Notes under the pieces: generated by a model
What the model was told of the DNA's origin: nothing
Seen by the model: only the letters and a program-made list of their open reading frames with translations
Databases searched by the model: none
Assembly (NCBI GenBank): GCA_041615815.1
Contig: JBFJCP010000020.1
Location: 28,270 to 92,269, forward strand
Direction of reading: 5' to 3'
From: Gemmatimonadales bacterium
Lineage (GTDB): Bacteria > Gemmatimonadota > Gemmatimonadetes > Gemmatimonadales > GWC2-71-9
DNA: 64,000 nt
Part shown: one piece after another, positions 30,464-40,303 of the stretch
Numbering within the stretch: the stretch's first letter is position 1
Layout of the letters: the number at the start of each line of letters is the position of its first letter
Translations under genes and position numbers: made by a program

Positions 30464-32445
30464 CGTTCCCCAGCCACCCGGTGGAGCACACCGCGAAAGT
30501 CATCCGGCGTGGACTGGAGGTGACACACTGTGCAGGTCTTCTCGGGATAGTGATCGCCGTCCTCCAGATGACAGGACAGACAGAACCCTCGATCCGGTTC
30601 GAGCCGCACAACTGTTGCCTCCACATGACAATCCGTGCACCAGCGGTGTGCATCCGCGGGTGGTGCGTGGAGCGAGTCGTCTGGCAACGCGGGATGACAC
30701 GAGACACAGCTGATGGCTGCCGCATGATGATCGTCGTGACAGTCCGCACAGGTCGCCACCGCCGCGGTGGTCACGAGCGTCACCGGGACCGTATGACAGT
30801 CTACACAGTTCACATCGGCGTGTTGATCGTGAAGAAAATCCGCCGGCCGCTCTCGAGATGCCGCGTTCTCGACGCTCACGGTAACGACCGCCCGAAATGC
30901 CGTCTGCAACTCGTCCGACGTGTGACACGCGGCGCAGTCTGACGTGGCCGGTGCCTCGTGGTGACAGATTTGGCAGCCCCGTGGGGCTTCGAACGTCAAG
31001 GCGCCGTGGCCGGTTTCTGTCTGGTGACACGTGAGACAGGAAAGCTCGGCGTGTTGGTCGTGGGAGAAGGTATCGGGCGGCGTGACGGGGAGCTGGATTG
31101 GGGCCTCGGGTTCCGGGCGGGGGCCGATGGGCGGCGGGACGTCTCCCTTCCCCCGCGGCCGGTCCGGGTCCGCCCGCCAACTCACACCGAACGGACGATG
31201 TAGTTGGGGCACCTCCGAGCGTTGCAGCGCACGAGTGGTATCGAAGGGCGCAATGCGTTGGAGCCCCTCCCGGATTCGCCGCGGCACGGTTGGGTCGTCG
31301 ATGATCCGCGTGTGACACCCCTGACAATCACTGGCATCCACGCGGGCTCGGTGCGGCTCGTGACAAAGCGTGCACTGGCTCCCCACGTCCAAGTGCCTGG
31401 TCCCCACATGAAATGGCTCGTCGCGCCAGTCGATGTGACAGTTGGCGGAAGCGCACGTTTGGTCGGCGGCCGTTGCCACCTCCTGTTCGTGGGGCTTGTG
31501 GCACATGCCACAGCTTCCGCTATGCGGATCGAACCTCGGATCGAAGTCCGCGAGGATCGCTTGCATTTCGTGACACGAGATACACTGCTCGGTGGCGGGC
31601 ACGAGCGTGCCGGCAGCAGAGTCTCGTGTGGCCAGCGCGGGGACCTCCACCGCGAATTGGTGACAGGTGACGCAATGCAGGGAGGTCTGATTCTGCATCG
31701 CGCCCATCGCGATCTTCGAGTCGACGTGGCAATCGGCCTGCGCGCATGTACTGTCGACGGGGACAAACTGGTGCACCTCCTGACCGTGGCAGGTGACACA
31801 CATGACATCGTCCAAGCTCGTGGAGTCGGATTCCAGATGCGTCCGGTGGCCGGCCGTGGAGGCGATTCGCTGCCACACCTCGGGCTCGCCCGTCACGTGG
31901 CACCGCTCGCAGACCGCATTGGCAACCGGTGAGTGCTCGCCGATCTCGCCGGGACGTTCCGCCACCCAGAGGTACAGCTGGCGCATGCTGGCGATAACCG
32001 ATTGCTGGTGGCAGTCGTGGCAGCTAAGGGAGTCGTGCTCGCTGGCCGTGAACCGTTGGAACGCCGGGTTCATCACATGACAGCCCGTGCAGAACCCGTT
32101 GTCGTGCTGCATGTAGTCCCAGCTCACCTTGCTGGCACCCGCGGCGGCGAGGACCACGAAGACGATCGCCACGGTGATGGCGATCTTCACTCCGCGGGAG
32201 CGCGTGAGTGTCCATCGCAGGATCGGCTCCCGCTGGAGCCAGCAATAGACCAGGACACCCAACGCCACCATGACCCCCGCCACGAACCCCCAGATTTGGA
32301 TCCACTGGGGCACCGTTTGGAGCAGAAACCGGACGGTGGTCGCGACCCCTCCCGGGAGAGGGGATTCCACCAGCACCGAGTCCTGCGCGGCCTGACCGGC
32401 GGCGCTACTTGTTAGCTGGGCGAGCGACGAGTGGAACGCGATCAT
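30460..32445 (-). CDS. Membrane-anchored NapC/NrfH-type multiheme cytochrome, 20 hemes
   Basis: TM helices then FCTGCHVM (CxxCHxM); 18 CxxCH plus 2 CX4CH; Pro-rich linker. Confidence 0.88.
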   Translation of the reverse strand: MIAFHSSLAQLTSSAAGQAAQDSVLVESPLPGGVATTVRFLLQTVPQWIQIWGFVAGVMVALGVLVYCWLQREPILRWTLTRSRGVKIAITVAIVFVVLAAAGASKVSWDYMQHDNGFCTGCHVMNPAFQRFTASEHDSLSCHDCHQQSVIASMRQLYLWVAERPGEIGEHSPVANAVCERCHVTGEPEVWQRIASTAGHRTHLESDSTSLDDVMCVTCHGQEVHQFVPVDSTCAQADCHVDSKIAMGAMQNQTSLHCVTCHQFAVEVPALATRDSAAGTLVPATEQCISCHEMQAILADFDPRFDPHSGSCGMCHKPHEQEVATAADQTCASANCHIDWRDEPFHVGTRHLDVGSQCTLCHEPHRARVDASDCQGCHTRIIDDPTVPRRIREGLQRIAPFDTTRALQRSEVPQLHRPFGVSWRADPDRPRGKGDVPPPIGPRPEPEAPIQLPVTPPDTFSHDQHAELSCLTCHQTETGHGALTFEAPRGCQICHHEAPATSDCAACHTSDELQTAFRAVVTVSVENAASRERPADFLHDQHADVNCVDCHTVPVTLVTTAAVATCADCHDDHHAAAISCVSCHPALPDDSLHAPPADAHRWCTDCHVEATVVRLEPDRGFCLSCHLEDGDHYPEKTCTVCHLQSTPDDFRGVLHRVAGER

Positions 32446-32531
32446 TTCGTCTCGGCGAATTCAGTGGCTGCTCGAAACCCGAACGCTTGGGCTGTCGGAC
32501 TGCTAACGTCGGGCACGTCCTCACACAAGGA

Positions 32532-32555
32532 CGGACCGGAGATCACTCCGGTCCG
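32532..32555 (-). terminator. Intercistronic hairpin
   Basis: CGGACCGGAG-N4-CTCCGGTCCG, 10-bp perfect stem. Confidence 0.5.
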
Positions 32556-32580
32556 CCACTTGTGGCACCCGCAATGCATC

Positions 32581-34074
32581 CTACCGATTGAAACGCCTCG
32601 TGAGAGCCTGGAGCCGTGCGTCGTAGTCGATGGGCGTGGACGGGGCGACCCCGTACGTGTCCTCGACCGCCTGTTGGCTCGCGATCAGCAGCGCCTCCAC
32701 CAGGAACGGATTGTGGGTGGATGATCCGAGAGGCGATCCACCATGGAGCGCCAAATGGTAGTTGAAGATCGCGCCCTCCGCCACGGTGAACGTGGGGTTC
32801 GTGGCGTCGATCTCGCCGCCGGCGTCCTCGAGGTTGGGATCCACCACCGTCAGCTGCGCCAGGAGATCGTCCGCCAGCGTCTGGTTGTTGCCCGACGCGA
32901 GCAGAAGCAATCCCCGAGCCACAGCCTCGGTGCCGTGGCAGCCAGCCGCGGTGCAGCCCCGGAAGGTCCGGGCCGTGGTGGTCAGTTCGCAGTCATCCGG
33001 CTGCGGACGCAGCGGTCCCCCATTCGCATCGATGCACGGGATAGCCGCGAACAAATGCCCGGTGGCGTTGAACTGGAAATCACCGGTTACGGCGTCGGTG
33101 ACCGCGAACGACGTTACGTGGCAGGTGGCACAGAGCTGCGCATTGCTCTCGGTCCCATGGGTGCCGATGATGTCCCCCTGGTTGATGATCGCGTTGGGCG
33201 GGAACCACCCGGCGTCACCAAGGATCAGCGCCGTCTCTGGCGAATGGGGCTCCAGTCCATGGGACGAATTGGGATCCGGCGCCGTGCGCCGATCGTGGCA
33301 CTGCGCGCAGAGATGCTGCGTGGGATCGCTCGTCTCGATGGGACGCCGGAGCTGTGCCGTATTGTTCGACCCATGGGGATCGTGGCATACCGAGCAGGTG
33401 GTCGGCATGTGGGTAGCCGAGTTCTGCTCCAGATACGTGGCATCCGGATCGAACCGTGCCAGCGCAGCCTGGCCGCGATGGCAGCCCTCGCAGGATTCCC
33501 GTCCCGCCGCGAAGCCGACCACCGCCGCATGCCCGGACGCCGCCCAATCCTCCGCGAACGGATGGTGATCGCCACTGTGACACTCGGCGCAGTTCTGATC
33601 GATGTTCGCGCCGAGATCCGCCCCGGCAATGGGCTGGGACGCGCCGGGATCCACCGAGACGTGCTGGAATCCCGGCCCGTGACAGCTCTCGCACTGGACG
33701 TCGCCGTACGTCACCGAGTCCGCCATGACGTTAAAGCCACCCGGAGGATCAATGGAATTGCCGAGGTCACTGACACTGTGACACCCAACGCAGAAGTCCT
33801 GACCCGAGCCGGAGCTGATCAGGTCCGCGAGCGCACTGGCGTGGGCCGTGTTGACCCACCGTGTCTGGACGCCCACGTGGCAATTGCCGCAGGTGGTGAG
33901 CTTCAGGTCGGGATCGAAGTATCCGAGGAACCCGTTGGCCTGATCGGGGGGAGGATTGAAGAGCTCCCGGTCCCGGAAGACCACCGTCTCCTCTGTGCAG
34001 GCCAGGCCCGCCACCACCGTCCCAAAGACCGCCAGCTGGAGAAGGCGACGTTGCATATGATGAAGTGTGATCAT
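32581..34074 (-). CDS. Multiheme cytochrome c lipoprotein, 9 hemes (paralog 1)
   Basis: GLA-C lipobox; 8 CxxCH plus CTAAGCH; C-terminal GAIFN...HNPFL helical domain. Confidence 0.92.
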   Translation of the reverse strand: MITLHHMQRRLLQLAVFGTVVAGLACTEETVVFRDRELFNPPPDQANGFLGYFDPDLKLTTCGNCHVGVQTRWVNTAHASALADLISSGSGQDFCVGCHSVSDLGNSIDPPGGFNVMADSVTYGDVQCESCHGPGFQHVSVDPGASQPIAGADLGANIDQNCAECHSGDHHPFAEDWAASGHAAVVGFAAGRESCEGCHRGQAALARFDPDATYLEQNSATHMPTTCSVCHDPHGSNNTAQLRRPIETSDPTQHLCAQCHDRRTAPDPNSSHGLEPHSPETALILGDAGWFPPNAIINQGDIIGTHGTESNAQLCATCHVTSFAVTDAVTGDFQFNATGHLFAAIPCIDANGGPLRPQPDDCELTTTARTFRGCTAAGCHGTEAVARGLLLLASGNNQTLADDLLAQLTVVDPNLEDAGGEIDATNPTFTVAEGAIFNYHLALHGGSPLGSSTHNPFLVEALLIASQQAVEDTYGVAPSTPIDYDARLQALTRRFNR

Positions 34075-34162
34075 GTCCGCCTCTTGCATTCGGCACGGGG
34101 GATGCCGATTTCCGTAGTAACACGGGTGAAACTGCCGTAACAGTACTCAGGACAGCGCTTAA

Positions 34163-34217
34163 ATTGTATCATTGGGCTGAGTGGGTACGTTAAAGTCCGC
34201 CTGAAGATCCCTTTACG
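34163..34217 (-). promoter_or_regulatory. Putative promoter of cluster 1: extended -10 (TGaTACAAT) and upstream TNAAG direct repeats
   Basis: Minus-strand TGATACAAT at 34163-34171; TAAAG 34191, TGAAG 34202, TTACG 34213. Confidence 0.5.
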
Positions 34218-34221
34218 CAAC

Positions 34222-34914
34222 ATGGCCTTCAACGTGTACAGCGATCGCCCAGAAAAAACACTGCACGGCGCGCGAACTTTTCACGTGGCTAGCGCCGTGA
34301 TGCGTCTAGCCGTGGCGGTAGAAGACGCGGCCATCGTCTCCGTCGAGTTCCAAACGAACCTCGTGGCGCCCCCGGAGACCCCCTTCGAGCGGCAGGTGGC
34401 TGCCGAGCTCGAGGAGTACTTTGGGGGACGGCGCACGGTATTCTCCGTTCCGGTACGGACGGAGGGATCGGCGTTCGAAGAGGCGGTGTGGGCGGCGATC
34501 GCCCAGATTCCCTACGGGGAGACCCGCACGTACGGCGACATCGCCCGCCAGGTGGGGCGTCCCGCGGCCGCGCGGGCGGTGGGGACGGCCGCGGGACGCA
34601 ACCCCACACCCATCGTCGTTCCCTGTCACCGCGTCGTCGGGGCGCGAGGCCGGCTGGGCGGCTTTGGCGGCGGCACCGCCCTCAAACGGTGGCTCCTGGG
34701 TCTCGAGACACGTCACCGACCGGTGGGGCGGAACAACGCGGGCGCATCGCTCTTTGGACTGCTCGCCCTGGTCGTGGGGTTGTCGCACGCCTGCACGGAC
34801 CCCGAGCGTCCCGTGTTCGAGGCTGGTGACACGAGCGGCGTGGACTCGCTGGTGGTGAGCCTCTCCACCGCAGTGCCACTGGGCATCACGCCCGAGGGCT
34901 TCCCTGCAGGCTGA
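34222..34914 (+). CDS. ogt: Methylated-DNA-protein-cysteine methyltransferase with C-terminal extension
   Basis: IPYGETRTYG, ARAVG, VPCHRV active site. Confidence 0.92.
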   Translation: MAFNVYSDRPEKTLHGARTFHVASAVMRLAVAVEDAAIVSVEFQTNLVAPPETPFERQVAAELEEYFGGRRTVFSVPVRTEGSAFEEAVWAAIAQIPYGETRTYGDIARQVGRPAAARAVGTAAGRNPTPIVVPCHRVVGARGRLGGFGGGTALKRWLLGLETRHRPVGRNNAGASLFGLLALVVGLSHACTDPERPVFEAGDTSGVDSLVVSLSTAVPLGITPEGFPAG

Positions 34915-34981
34915 ACCGCTTCCATCGCCTGAGCCCGCCGTCCCCGAGTCCCCCACCCCGGTCCGGCTCACCCAGCTCACG

Positions 34982-36028
34982 GTGCGGGATTTCCGCAACC
35001 TGGGCTCGCTCGACGTGGAGATCCCTCCAGAAGGAGTCGTCATCATCGGCGACAATGGCCATGGCAAGACCAACTTCTTGGAAGCGATCTACTATTTGGT
35101 TCTCTTCAAGTCCTTTCGGGGAGCACGGGACCGCGAGCTGGTGCGTTTCGAGCACGCTGGGTTTTTCGTGGCCGGGAACGCCGACGTGCGCATCACGGCC
35201 GGATACGAGGTCGCGGGACGCCGCAAGAAAGTCACGGTCGACGGACAGGAGATTCGCCGGCTGGCCGACGCGGTGGGCCGGCTCCCCACCGTCGTCTTCT
35301 CGCCGGCCGACCGGGAGATTATCGCCGCCGGTCCCGCCACCCGCCGGCGATACATGGATGTGCTGCTGGCGTTGAGCGCCCCACGGTACCTCACGCAGTT
35401 GGCGAAGATGCGGAGCGCGCTGAAGCAGCGGAACGCAGCCCTTCGGCGCGGCCGCTTGCAGGAGGCACAGGCCTTCGACGCTCCCTTCGCCGACACGGGC
35501 GCCGCCGTGGCTGAGGCGCGGCACCGCTGGGTCGCCACATGGAGGCCACGGTATGGTGAGCTGTCCAGGGCCCTGGGCGAGCGCGGCACGGCCCACATGA
35601 GTTACCACGCGCGCCATCACGTGGAACCCACCGTGGAGGGGCTCCTGCGCGCGCTTGGCGAAACCCGCGATCGCGATTACCGGCGCGGGATGACTACGGT
35701 TGGCCCACACCGTGACGACCTCGTCCTCACCCTCGACAGCGTGGACGTGCGCCGGTTCGGCTCGGCGGGACAGCAGCGAACAGCTGCCATTGCACTCCGC
35801 CTCCTCGAAGCGGAAAGCCTCACCGTCGCCAACGGAGCCATACCGCTCGCCCTGTACGATGACGTGTTTGCCGAGCTGGACGCGGATCGGCAGGGGCGAT
35901 TGTTGGGACTCGTCCGCGAAATGCTCCCCGGGCAAGCGGTGCTCACGGCACCGCGGGAAGTAGAGATCCCGCCGGCGCTCCTCCAGCTCACGCGCTGGGG
36001 CATGACGGGAGGCCGGCTTGTCAGATAA
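34982..36028 (+). CDS. recF: DNA replication/repair protein RecF
   Basis: FRNL, GDNGHGKTN, GPHRDDL, SAGQQR, DDVFAELD. Confidence 0.96.
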   Translation: MRDFRNLGSLDVEIPPEGVVIIGDNGHGKTNFLEAIYYLVLFKSFRGARDRELVRFEHAGFFVAGNADVRITAGYEVAGRRKKVTVDGQEIRRLADAVGRLPTVVFSPADREIIAAGPATRRRYMDVLLALSAPRYLTQLAKMRSALKQRNAALRRGRLQEAQAFDAPFADTGAAVAEARHRWVATWRPRYGELSRALGERGTAHMSYHARHHVEPTVEGLLRALGETRDRDYRRGMTTVGPHRDDLVLTLDSVDVRRFGSAGQQRTAAIALRLLEAESLTVANGAIPLALYDDVFAELDADRQGRLLGLVREMLPGQAVLTAPREVEIPPALLQLTRWGMTGGRLVR

Positions 36029-36323
36029 GAGCAAACGTGGTGAGGTGAAGCGTCTCGACGAGGCGTTGGCAGGCTACGTCGAGCGTTCGGGCATCAAACG
36101 GCGTCTGGATCAGGCGCGGGTGATCGAGGAGTGGTCATCGCTCGTGGGCCCTCAAATCGCCGAAGTGACGCGACCCTCGGGAATGACGCCGGATGGGACA
36201 CTGTTCGTTGCGGTCCGCACCGCCGCTTGGGCGCAGGAACTCCAACTCATGTCTTCCACGATCTTGGCAGAGCTCAGGAAGAAGGGAAGGAACGTCCGGC
36301 GTATCGTGTGGCGAGCCGAGTGA
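36018..36323 (+). CDS. DUF721/DciA family protein
   Basis: W..LVG.QIA, GTLFVAV...AWAQEL; directly after recF. Confidence 0.85.
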   Translation: MSDKSKRGEVKRLDEALAGYVERSGIKRRLDQARVIEEWSSLVGPQIAEVTRPSGMTPDGTLFVAVRTAAWAQELQLMSSTILAELRKKGRNVRRIVWRAE

Positions 36324-36338
36324 GGCTCCGTTACTCCA

Positions 36339-36755
36339 TCAGTCTTCGTCGCTCTCAATCCCCGCCGCTTCACGAAACTCGCGAACCATCCCCACGAGTT
36401 GCGTTTCGATGCGCTCCATCTCGACCTGGGCCGAGTCGCGACTTCGAAACCCCCGATGGGCATCCACCGCAACACGATTGAGGCGCCGTACCTCTTCGAT
36501 GAACCGCTCGAGCGTTCCTCGCAGCCGGAGGTAGCGGCGTTTGTGATACCGTTTGTTGGGAACCCACTCATCGGCCACCTGACTCGTCACCTCCACTTTC
36601 GCCAAACGGACGGTGACCGCCATGATGACGGCGAGGAGCAGGGCGCCCGCGACCACCCGAGATACGGAATCGGTCACTCCATACACGACGGCTGCCTGCG
36701 CCGCGATGGCTCCAATGAGCACTATCGTCTCGACAATCTGACGGGGAGCTGCCAT
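36339..36755 (-). CDS. Hypothetical two-TM protein (tandem paralog A)
   Basis: Two TM helices plus helical domain similar to the neighbouring gene. Confidence 0.8.
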   Translation of the reverse strand: MAAPRQIVETIVLIGAIAAQAAVVYGVTDSVSRVVAGALLLAVIMAVTVRLAKVEVTSQVADEWVPNKRYHKRRYLRLRGTLERFIEEVRRLNRVAVDAHRGFRSRDSAQVEMERIETQLVGMVREFREAAGIESDED

Positions 36756-37219
36756 CAGGGTCTCCGCGCTGGGGTCTGCCTCGGTTTGGAGTCGCGGGCC
36801 GTGGGCCCGCTCGTCCGGTACTCCTCCACGCCGGCTGCGCTACGAATATCTCTCACGAGGGTAAGAAGACGCTGTTCGATCTCATCCATCTCCTCGTCGG
36901 CGGACGCGCGGTCGCGGACACCGCGGTCGGCGTCTACGGCCAGACGGTGGAGGTGTCGGACCTGCTCGAGAAACTGTTCCACGTACGAACGGAGGCGAAT
37001 GAAGCGTCGCGTATGGAAGCGGCTCCCGGGCGCCACCTCGTCCTCCAGGCCAAACCCCCGACGTGCCAGGGAGAGCGTCAGCACCACCGCGACCACCGCG
37101 ATGGCCATGCCCAACACGAACCGGGGCAGCGGCCCCGTCACCGCATACAGCACCACCGCCTCCGCCACGAGGGCGGTGGCAAGCAGCGCGACCAGGGTGA
37201 GGCGACGGAGACTGCCCAT
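36755..37219 (-). CDS. Hypothetical two-TM protein (tandem paralog B)
   Basis: Shares RLR..E.F.E.VR.L.R.AVDA.RG.R.R.SA..EM..IE..L...VR..R.AAG.E with paralog A. Confidence 0.8.
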   Translation of the reverse strand: MGSLRRLTLVALLATALVAEAVVLYAVTGPLPRFVLGMAIAVVAVVLTLSLARRGFGLEDEVAPGSRFHTRRFIRLRSYVEQFLEQVRHLHRLAVDADRGVRDRASADEEMDEIEQRLLTLVRDIRSAAGVEEYRTSGPTARDSKPRQTPARRP

Positions 37220-37524
37220 GGTGTATCCACGACGAGTTGGAGGAAAAACATCGTCCGGGAGGACCGTGCCCCCTGGGGCTGCCGTCCCGGGGCCAAAACC
37301 GACCTAACCTAGGGACCTATGGCCGGTTGCGCCAGCGACATCCATCACATCTTCGCTCACGGCCCGCCCTGGCAGGCCGCTTTCCGCCATCCTATTCTTA
37401 CCGTTCGATCGAGCCACCTCCCCCCACCATCATGGCGGGTCCGGAGGCAGCCCGTGGCGGAGCATCCGCCCCCCGCCCTCCGCCCACCACCACCACTCGG
37501 AGACCATGCCAGGGAATTCACCTC

Positions 37525-38688
37525 ATGACCGACCGCGACATGACTCGCCGGGAGTTCACACGCCTCGCCGCCGCTGTTCCTCTCGGTGGAAGTGCGCTGA
37601 TTCGCCAGTCCCTCTGGCCTCGCCCGCGAACCGCCCCAGCTACACTCCGCTGGGACGGCTATGAGGAGGCCATCGTCGTCGACGCCCTCGCGAGTCCCGG
37701 ACCCTTCAACGTCCCGGAGCGAGAGGGTCAGCCCCTGTCAGCAACCATGGTCGCCAACGCGCGTACGTCGGGGATTACGGCGGTCAATCTGACGCTCGAC
37801 AGCATCGGTGGCGGGCACGAGAGCTTCGACAATGCGACGAAGAGCATCGCCTATTGGGAGCGGGAGCTGGCCGAGCATGGCGAGGTGTTCCTGCAGGTCC
37901 GCACGGCCGGGGACATCCGCGCGGCCAAAGACACCGGCCGTCTTGGGATCATCTACGGATTCCAAGACTCGTCGATGCTCGAGGGTGACTTGAGCCGACT
38001 GGACGTCTTCCACCGGTTTGGCTGCCGCATCATTCAGCTCACCTATAATGGTCGGAATCTCGCCGGGGACGGCTGCCTCGAGCCCGCCAACGCGGGGCTC
38101 AGCCGGTTCGGGCACGGGCTAGTGGAACGCATGAACGACATGGGGATCCTCGTCGATCTCAGCCACTGCGGTCAGCGAACCACGGCGGATGCTATTGCCC
38201 AATCCCGTGCGCCCGTGGCGGTGACTCACAGCGGCTGCAGTGCTGTTTTCGAGCATCCCCGGAACAAGCGCGACGCGCAACTGCGCGCCCTGGCAGAAAA
38301 GGGCGGAGTGATCGGGATCTACCTGATGCCGTTCCTCAACCCGGCTGGTCCACCCACCGCTCAGGACGTGGTCCGCCATGTCGAGCACGCCGTGAACGTG
38401 TGCGGCGAAGATCACGTGGGGATCGGAAGCGATCAATCCGTCAGCCCGATCGACGCCACACCGGCGTACCGCGACGCCATTCGCCGCTTCGCCGCCGAAC
38501 GCCAACGGCTTGGCATCGGAGCGCCACGGGAGGACGAGCTCCTTTTCGTGCAGGACCTGAATTCGCCCCGTCGGCTGGAGATGATCGCCGATCGTCTCTT
38601 GGTGCGCGGGCATTCGGTGACGCGAGTGGAGAAGATCATCGGCGCCAACTTCGTTCGCCTGTTCGCGGACGTGTGGCGAGGCGTCTAG
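37525..38688 (+). CDS. Tat-exported membrane dipeptidase (peptidase M19 family)
   Basis: TRREF Tat motif, IQLTYN, VDLSH, HPRNK, HVGIGSD. Confidence 0.88.
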   Translation: MTDRDMTRREFTRLAAAVPLGGSALIRQSLWPRPRTAPATLRWDGYEEAIVVDALASPGPFNVPEREGQPLSATMVANARTSGITAVNLTLDSIGGGHESFDNATKSIAYWERELAEHGEVFLQVRTAGDIRAAKDTGRLGIIYGFQDSSMLEGDLSRLDVFHRFGCRIIQLTYNGRNLAGDGCLEPANAGLSRFGHGLVERMNDMGILVDLSHCGQRTTADAIAQSRAPVAVTHSGCSAVFEHPRNKRDAQLRALAEKGGVIGIYLMPFLNPAGPPTAQDVVRHVEHAVNVCGEDHVGIGSDQSVSPIDATPAYRDAIRRFAAERQRLGIGAPREDELLFVQDLNSPRRLEMIADRLLVRGHSVTRVEKIIGANFVRLFADVWRGV

Positions 38689-39860
38689 TGGGAACACCAT
38701 ACGACGTCGTCGTCATCGGCGCCGGGATCATGGGGTGCAGCACGGCCTTTCACTTGGCGCAGCGCGGCGTACGGGTTGGCGTCGTGGACAAGGGCGGCAT
38801 CGGCGGAGTGTCCACCGGACAATCGTCGGCGATCGTTCGTCAGCACTACTCCAACGAGCTCACCGCTCGCATGGCGCTGCACAGCCTCGGGGTCTTCCAG
38901 CATTTCGACGATCGGGTTGGCGGCGAATGCGGCTTCCGGCAAACGGGTTTCGTCGTGATGGTACCAGCCACGGACCGACCGGGGTTGGAGGCCAACCTCG
39001 CACTGCAGCGTCGTGTCGGCATCGAGACGGAGCTCGTGGAAGGCGCAGCCCTTGGGGACCTGCTCCCGGGCGTGAATACGACCGACCTCGTGGCCGCGGC
39101 TTTCGAGCCCGCCAGCGGATACGCCGACCCCCACCTCACAACCACCGCCTATGCGGAAGCCGCCAGGCGCCACGGCGCGGAGTTCCTCTTGGATCATGAG
39201 GTCACGGGGCTCCGCTTTGCGGGCCAGCGCGTCACCCACGTCCGAACGCGGCCCGACGAGATCGCCACCGGGGCCGTCGTGAATTGCGCCGGTCCCTGGG
39301 GGGCACGTGTGGCCGCCATGGCCGGGATCGAGGTTCCCATCACCGCCTGCCGAGTCCAGGTCGCGGTCTTTCGTCGGCCACCGGAGTTCGCCGATCACCC
39401 TGTGGTGCTCGATTTCGGGCACGCCACCTACATCCGGCCCGAGCTGGGAGGGCTCACCCTCGGTGGACTCATCGACCCCGCGGAGGCGGATAACATCGTC
39501 GATCCGGACCACTATCCGGAGCATCTGGACGACGAGTTCGTGATCGATCTCGCCGCGAGACTGCTTCGTCGGTTCCCGACGATGGAACGCTGCGAGGTCA
39601 CTGGTGGTTTTGCCGGGCTCTACGCCGTGACCCCCGACTGGCACCCTATCATCGATCAAGCCCCGCCCGACAGTGGCTGCTACATCTGCTCAGGCTTCAG
39701 CGGTCATGGATTCAAGCTGGGGCCCGCGGTCGGGCTCATGACGGCGGACCTCGTCACGGCCGTAGCCACGCCCCAATTCGCCCCGGATCTGTTTCGCTTC
39801 GATCGGTACACCCGTCACGCCCCCATTCGCGGCACCTACGAGTACTCCATAGCCGGATAG
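38688..39860 (+). CDS. FAD-dependent oxidoreductase (DAO/sarcosine oxidase beta family)
   Basis: GAGIMG Rossmann motif, YAVTPDWHPII, GFSGHGFKLGP. Confidence 0.9.
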   Translation: MGTPYDVVVIGAGIMGCSTAFHLAQRGVRVGVVDKGGIGGVSTGQSSAIVRQHYSNELTARMALHSLGVFQHFDDRVGGECGFRQTGFVVMVPATDRPGLEANLALQRRVGIETELVEGAALGDLLPGVNTTDLVAAAFEPASGYADPHLTTTAYAEAARRHGAEFLLDHEVTGLRFAGQRVTHVRTRPDEIATGAVVNCAGPWGARVAAMAGIEVPITACRVQVAVFRRPPEFADHPVVLDFGHATYIRPELGGLTLGGLIDPAEADNIVDPDHYPEHLDDEFVIDLAARLLRRFPTMERCEVTGGFAGLYAVTPDWHPIIDQAPPDSGCYICSGFSGHGFKLGPAVGLMTADLVTAVATPQFAPDLFRFDRYTRHAPIRGTYEYSIAG

Positions 39861-40295
39861 TGGCGGCCTTTCGGTTCCTCGTTCCGCCGTTGGTCTTTCC
39901 TCCCAATTCCCTGGAATGGCCGGCTCACGGTTCCGTTCGACGTCGTGGTTACGCAGATCACACGAGGCGCTCCGAACGTCGTCGCCATCTACTGCCTCCT
40001 GTTGATACTGGTCGGAGCGACCGCCTCGGTCGCCGGCGCCCGTCAGGACCGCGAATCCGAGTGGCGCCGGCGGTACCGCACGAGCCCGGTGTTGCTGATG
40101 CTGCGCGTATTGGGGCTTCCCTTGGCGGTCCTCTTTGCCTTGCGTACCGGACCCCGCGTCCTGCAACAGGAAAGCGTGGCAAGTCTCATCTGGCAGACGC
40201 TCACGTTTTCGGTGGGCGTGATCATCCCGATGGCACCGTTGCTGGCGGCGCTGACGGCTGGGCTGACGGCTCTGGGGGTGTTCGACGGCTTATGA
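39860..40295 (+). pseudogene. Probable degraded YjiH-like (nucleoside recognition Gate) membrane protein
   Basis: MAAFRFLVPPLV in one frame continues as FLPIPWNGRLTVPFD...LRVLG in another; far shorter than family members as recalled. Confidence 0.45.
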
Positions 40296-40303
40296 GAGGG
40301 CGA

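Noticed and set aside
32581..34074. NrfA/octaheme nitrite reductase identity for the 9-heme lipoproteins
   Set aside because: No CxxCK catalytic heme motif in any paralog; only a loose C-terminal resemblance
34982..36323. Replication origin near recF
   Set aside because: No dnaA, dnaN or gyrB and no DnaA-box cluster seen
37285..37335. c-di-GMP-I or Moco riboswitch-like hairpin (ACCTAA...TATGG)
   Set aside because: Only one stem resembles the motifs; the GNRA-capped partner stem and other conserved blocks are missing. cmscan would settle it
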